Source: Orbicella franksi (lineage: Eukaryota). Taken from it: DNA of 64,000 bases. The notes under the pieces were generated by a model. That model did no database searches. It was not told the origin of the DNA and saw only the letters and a list, made by a program, of their open reading frames with translations. This document shows, piece after piece, positions 60,231 through 64,000 of the stretch. Position 1 is the stretch's first letter; each line of letters begins with the position of its first letter. Location of the stretch: NCBI GenBank assembly GCA_964199315.1, contig OZ116698.1:21576001-21640000 (forward strand), read 5' to 3'. The position numbers and the translations under genes are program-made.

Positions 60231-60822
60231 CTTTGATAATAAAGCGCCAATACCTTACTTAGATGTCATAAACAAAAACTAACAAATCCACAGCTCAGGG
60301 AATAGATAACAAAAATACTGGAAACAAGAATAACAATATGTGTAGAAATACCAAATCCAGAAGGCGGATAGTTTTTTTCCTGTAGAATAAAGAGTAGTCC
60401 ACAAAAAACATTCCAACACTAATATACATGCCTACAACAAAATAAGAGAACCAGAGCTTTTAATCAGAGGATTTAAAAATACTATTTGTATGGAAATAAC
60501 TTTTATTGTTTTAACTTTGATACCTACTCATTCCGCATCAAAACTTTAAGCTTGAACTGTACTCATGTACGTCGACTGTGAAATCACAGCAACAATGGAC
60601 GCACAAATTTAGTGCTCAAGTCAGTTACATTTTATTTACTGATGGACACCGACTGGCAAATGAGAATTAACAGAATGATCGAAAGAATACTACCTTCATA
60701 CATACAAAACAAATTCTCCCAATCTGGTTCTACAGGAACTGTATAGAGCCAACAAGGACAATTTGAATGTTGATATCATGGCTTAAAAACATTTCCTTTT
60801 GGTGCTGCAAATGTTATTGCCC

Positions 60823-61137
60823 AGGCCCAGGTCAAACGTCGAACTTCACATGAAACACCTAACTGAGCGAAATAAGTTCATGATTAGTTCGACTCAACTG
60901 AGTTCGTCCAACTGAATTTAAATCGATCAACACTGCGGCTCGTGGTTCCACAGCCACTTTGACAATGTTATGACGCAATTTATCATCAATAAGAGGACAG
61001 ACGCATAAAAAACTGACGTCAATTTGTTAATTCGAATTAAGTTCGACGTTTAACCCAACGGTCGAGCTTTACCCGTTTGGATCGACTCAAATTGCAAGTT
61101 AGTTCGTCTCGTGAAGTTCGACGTTTGACCTGGGCCT
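60823..61137. mobile_element. MITE with perfect 27-bp TIRs carrying a nested repeat fragment
   Basis: aggcccaggtcaaacgtcgaacttcac pairs with gtgaagttcgacgtttgacctgggcct. Confidence 0.85.
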
Positions 61138-61202
61138 TAGTCTATCTTTGTTTGAGTGCTGTAAGTAAGAATAAATAACAAAATTATTTTACAAATACTT
61201 AC

Positions 61203-63262
61203 CTTCTCGGCCTCCAGTAGTTCTCCTTCTCTTTCCAAAGCTTCCTTTTCCATGGCTGCCTTCTCCCTTTGTAGTTCATCCAGGTGGACTTTCTGTTCTG
61301 TGATTTCTTTAATGCTGTTTTCCAGAATGAGCCCCTTCTCTTTCTCCAGCGAGTCTACCTTGGTTTCAAGCTCGACCAGTTTCTCGCGAGTTAGTTTCAG
61401 TTCCATGACTTCTTTGTCGCTGCGGGTTAAAGTTTTGAGCTCGAGCGTTTGAACTTTAGCTTCAAGCTCTCGCTTCTGCTCCTTGAGGAAATTAATCTCA
61501 TCTTGCAGATGTTTAACAGTTTGCTCGAGCAGACCGGTTTCGGTTTTCAGTTTTGTGGCGTACTCTTTCTCTAACTGCGACCGGAGTGCAATCTTTTCCT
61601 GTACATATTCTTCTTCTAGCTCTTGCTTTTCTCGCATGTAATTTTTCTGAAGGTCCTTGATTTTTCTCTGGTAGCTCTCTTCAAGCTCGCTTCTCTCGCG
61701 AGAATAGCTTTCCCGTACTTCCTGCAAACCTACTGTCCCGCTCTTCTCAAATGCTTCCTTTTCACGCAAGTAACTTTCCTCTAGCTGCGCCTTTTGCTTG
61801 GAAAAGCTCTCTTCTAAATCTGCCTTGTGTTTCGCTAGCAAGCACAAGAAATCGTTTTTGAGCTGCCCTTTCAGCCCAGCCTCTCCATCGGTGAACGCCT
61901 GTTGCAGCTCGGTGATTTGATCTTTATATCGTGTTTCAAGTTCAGCCTTTTCTCGAGCACCGTTCTGTAAAAGTTTCGCTTTTTCTTCTGTGTAATGTTC
62001 TTCAAGTTCCGCTTTCCACTTTTGAAAAGCCAATTCACTATGCGTCGAATTTTCGTGAAAGCCTTCCTCGATTTTAACTCGTTCCTCGTCGAATTGTTTC
62101 TCCAAAGTCGCTTTTTCCTTCAGGAAACCGTTTTTCAATTCGGCCTCTCTCATCGCCATTGTATGATTGTGATCATTTTCAAGATTCTCCTTCAAGTCGA
62201 CCTTCTCTCGGGCAAACCTCTGTTCAAGCTCATTCCTCTCTCGGGTAAACGATTCTCGTAACTCCGCCTTTTCTCGGGCAAATTTCTGCTCAAGTTCCGC
62301 TTTTTGCTCGACAAAACTTTGCTTCAGGCTTCCCACTTCCTTGGCATGAGCCTGTTTCAGGTCCCATGTTTCGTTAGAGAATTCTTCCTCCATTTTGGAT
62401 TTCTCTTTCTTAAACTTATTCTCCAGCGTACTTATTTGCTGCTGGTGCGCGCTCTCGAGTTCCGATTTTAAAATTGTCCAATCGTATTCGCTCTTCTCCA
62501 TTGCCGCTGCCTTGGTGCTGTTCTGTAGTTCCCACTCGGCCTTCTCTATCCTAAACTGTTGTTCAAGTTCTGCTTTCTCGTTCATCAACTTTAGCTCCAC
62601 TTCGGTCTTTTCCGTCTCTATGGCTTGAAGTTTCTCCACCAGCCGTTTCTCCTCCATTTCCATTTTGTTCTTCTCGTTCTCCAGCTCTCCTTTAAACAAC
62701 CTCTCGAGCATTTCTTTCTCGCCTCTATGCTCCTCCGCCATCTCAGTTTTCTCACTTTCGTACTCAGATATAAGCAGCTCTCTTTCCTGTCTAAAACCAC
62801 TCTCTAGTTCATCCTTAAGGTTCTCCTGCTCGCTCTTCAGCGAACGTTCCATATCCTTCATCTTATCCTGATACTCTTTCTCCACCTGTTCTTTCTCTAA
62901 GTTGAAGTTTTTCTGTAGTCCTTCCATCTCACCAGTAAACTGTGCAGTAAGGTTCGCCAGCTCGGTATCATATCTTTTCCTCGTTTCTTGGCTGTCAGAG
63001 TTAAGGGAACCCGTCAGACTTTCAATGTCGTTCTTGAGTTCTTGGATGGTGGCCTCTTTGGCCTTCAGTTGTGCTTCCTGTTCTCTCACCTGCTCACCAA
63101 GCTGTTGGACTTTCCCTTGGAACTCCGTTAAGGAGACTTTCTGGTCGGACAGGAGTTTTTCTTGCTCGCTAAGCGAAGATTCTTGTTCTTCGACTCTGGC
63201 TTTGTGGTTCATGATCTGCTCTTCCTTTTCCTTCAGTTCGCTCTCAAGCTTCTCGATAACTT
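61203..63262 (-). CDS. NIN: Ninein/NINL-family gene, giant exon (2060 nt)
   Basis: tctttctgcttcag|aag (phase 1) ... gagaag|gtaagt (phase 0); E/K-rich coiled coil. Confidence 0.85.
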
Positions 63263-63354
63263 CTGAAGCAGAAAGAAAACGTGCCACCGATTACGAACCA
63301 TAAAAAAGACATGTCTATAAAAGCACGAGCTATAATGTTTGCCAAAGAACTTAC

Positions 63355-63384
63355 TGCGTTTTTCTTCCAGTTCTGGGGAGTCGT
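63355..63384 (-). CDS. NIN: Ninein/NINL-family gene, 30-nt microexon (gene continues beyond the window)
   Basis: ctctttctttccacag|acgac...cgca|gtaagt; phase 1/1; encodes DSPELEEKR in frame with the giant exon. Confidence 0.7.
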
Positions 63385-64000
63385 CTGTGGAAAGAAAGAG
63401 AATAAAGTGATCGTTAAACAAGATATTCACGAGGGCTTCCACTCATTAACGCCACACCATACACAAATGCGCAAACTTTTCGTGCAGTTCATCTTATTTC
63501 TAGTCATTTCTTTCATTGCTGTAGTGCAGTAGATCCGCACTTCCTCTCTGAACCCCTGATCAAAACGGAGAACGAAGAAACTTCAATCCCGTGTAGAATA
63601 CAGCGGGAAGGGAGCAAAATGTAATCTTCATACACCAGTGATATGTGCTAAGCCAGTACGTTTAGAAAGAGAACACAAGGAAAGCAGAAAATACGTCTCA
63701 TCGAGCCACGTCAAAAAAAATTAATTAACGAATAGAAACAAGAGTTCAGAGCCTTAATCTCAAGAAAATAAATGAGTTTCGCAAGTACGTGGCGAAATAG
63801 GCGATGAAAGAAAAGGAAAAAAAGCTAAAGCAAGCTAAAATGGAAAAGGTAAAGGAACTCTGAGTTGCAGTTGAGACAGGACCAAATGAATGCTTGACAA
63901 AAGAGCACAAAAACAACAGAACAGCAACAAGAGACAGGGGAAAAACCTTCTGTTCTCGCAACGATAATTTGTTCATCGCTTTCCACAGACCACGGAAGAG

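Noticed and set aside
26368-63384. Functional link between the vtRNA-like array and the adjacent ninein cluster (both associated with microtubules)
   Set aside because: Only adjacency and shared strand support it; no shared sequence element was seen. Conserved synteny would be needed.
35960-63532. Many + strand S/F/L-rich ORFs overlapping the coiled-coil exons
   Set aside because: Antisense shadows of E/K-rich coding sequence.

Overview
AT-rich eukaryotic (metazoan) genomic DNA with GT-AG introns, microsatellites, SINE/LINE relics and many short TIR elements. The repeat families look like those of stony corals/anthozoans (inference). There are three zones. (1) 1-26 kb is mostly non-coding and repeat-rich, with a decayed CR1/L2 LINE fragment at the left edge. 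(2) 26.0-33.1 kb is a ~290-bp-period tandem array of 23 full-length copies plus one partial copy of an ~83-nt minus-strand cassette. Each cassette has a Pol III A box followed by GGTTAC, a B-box-like motif, a 12-bp terminal stem, a central hairpin with a cUUCGg loop, an immediate oligo-T terminator and a conserved upstream TATA/PSE-positioned block. This is the architecture of vault RNA (vtRNA) genes and is the top finding. (3) 35-64 kb is a minus-strand cluster built from ninein/NINL parts. It holds the 3' six exons of a ninein-family gene, a second copy of its 3' half (giant coiled-coil exon plus ninein C-terminal exons and a new tail), a truncated duplicate of that giant exon, and two intronless ORFs homologous to the giant exon, with an 11-residue (hendecad) coiled-coil repeat evident across the cluster. 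All calls come from reading the sequence by eye; no database searches were run.
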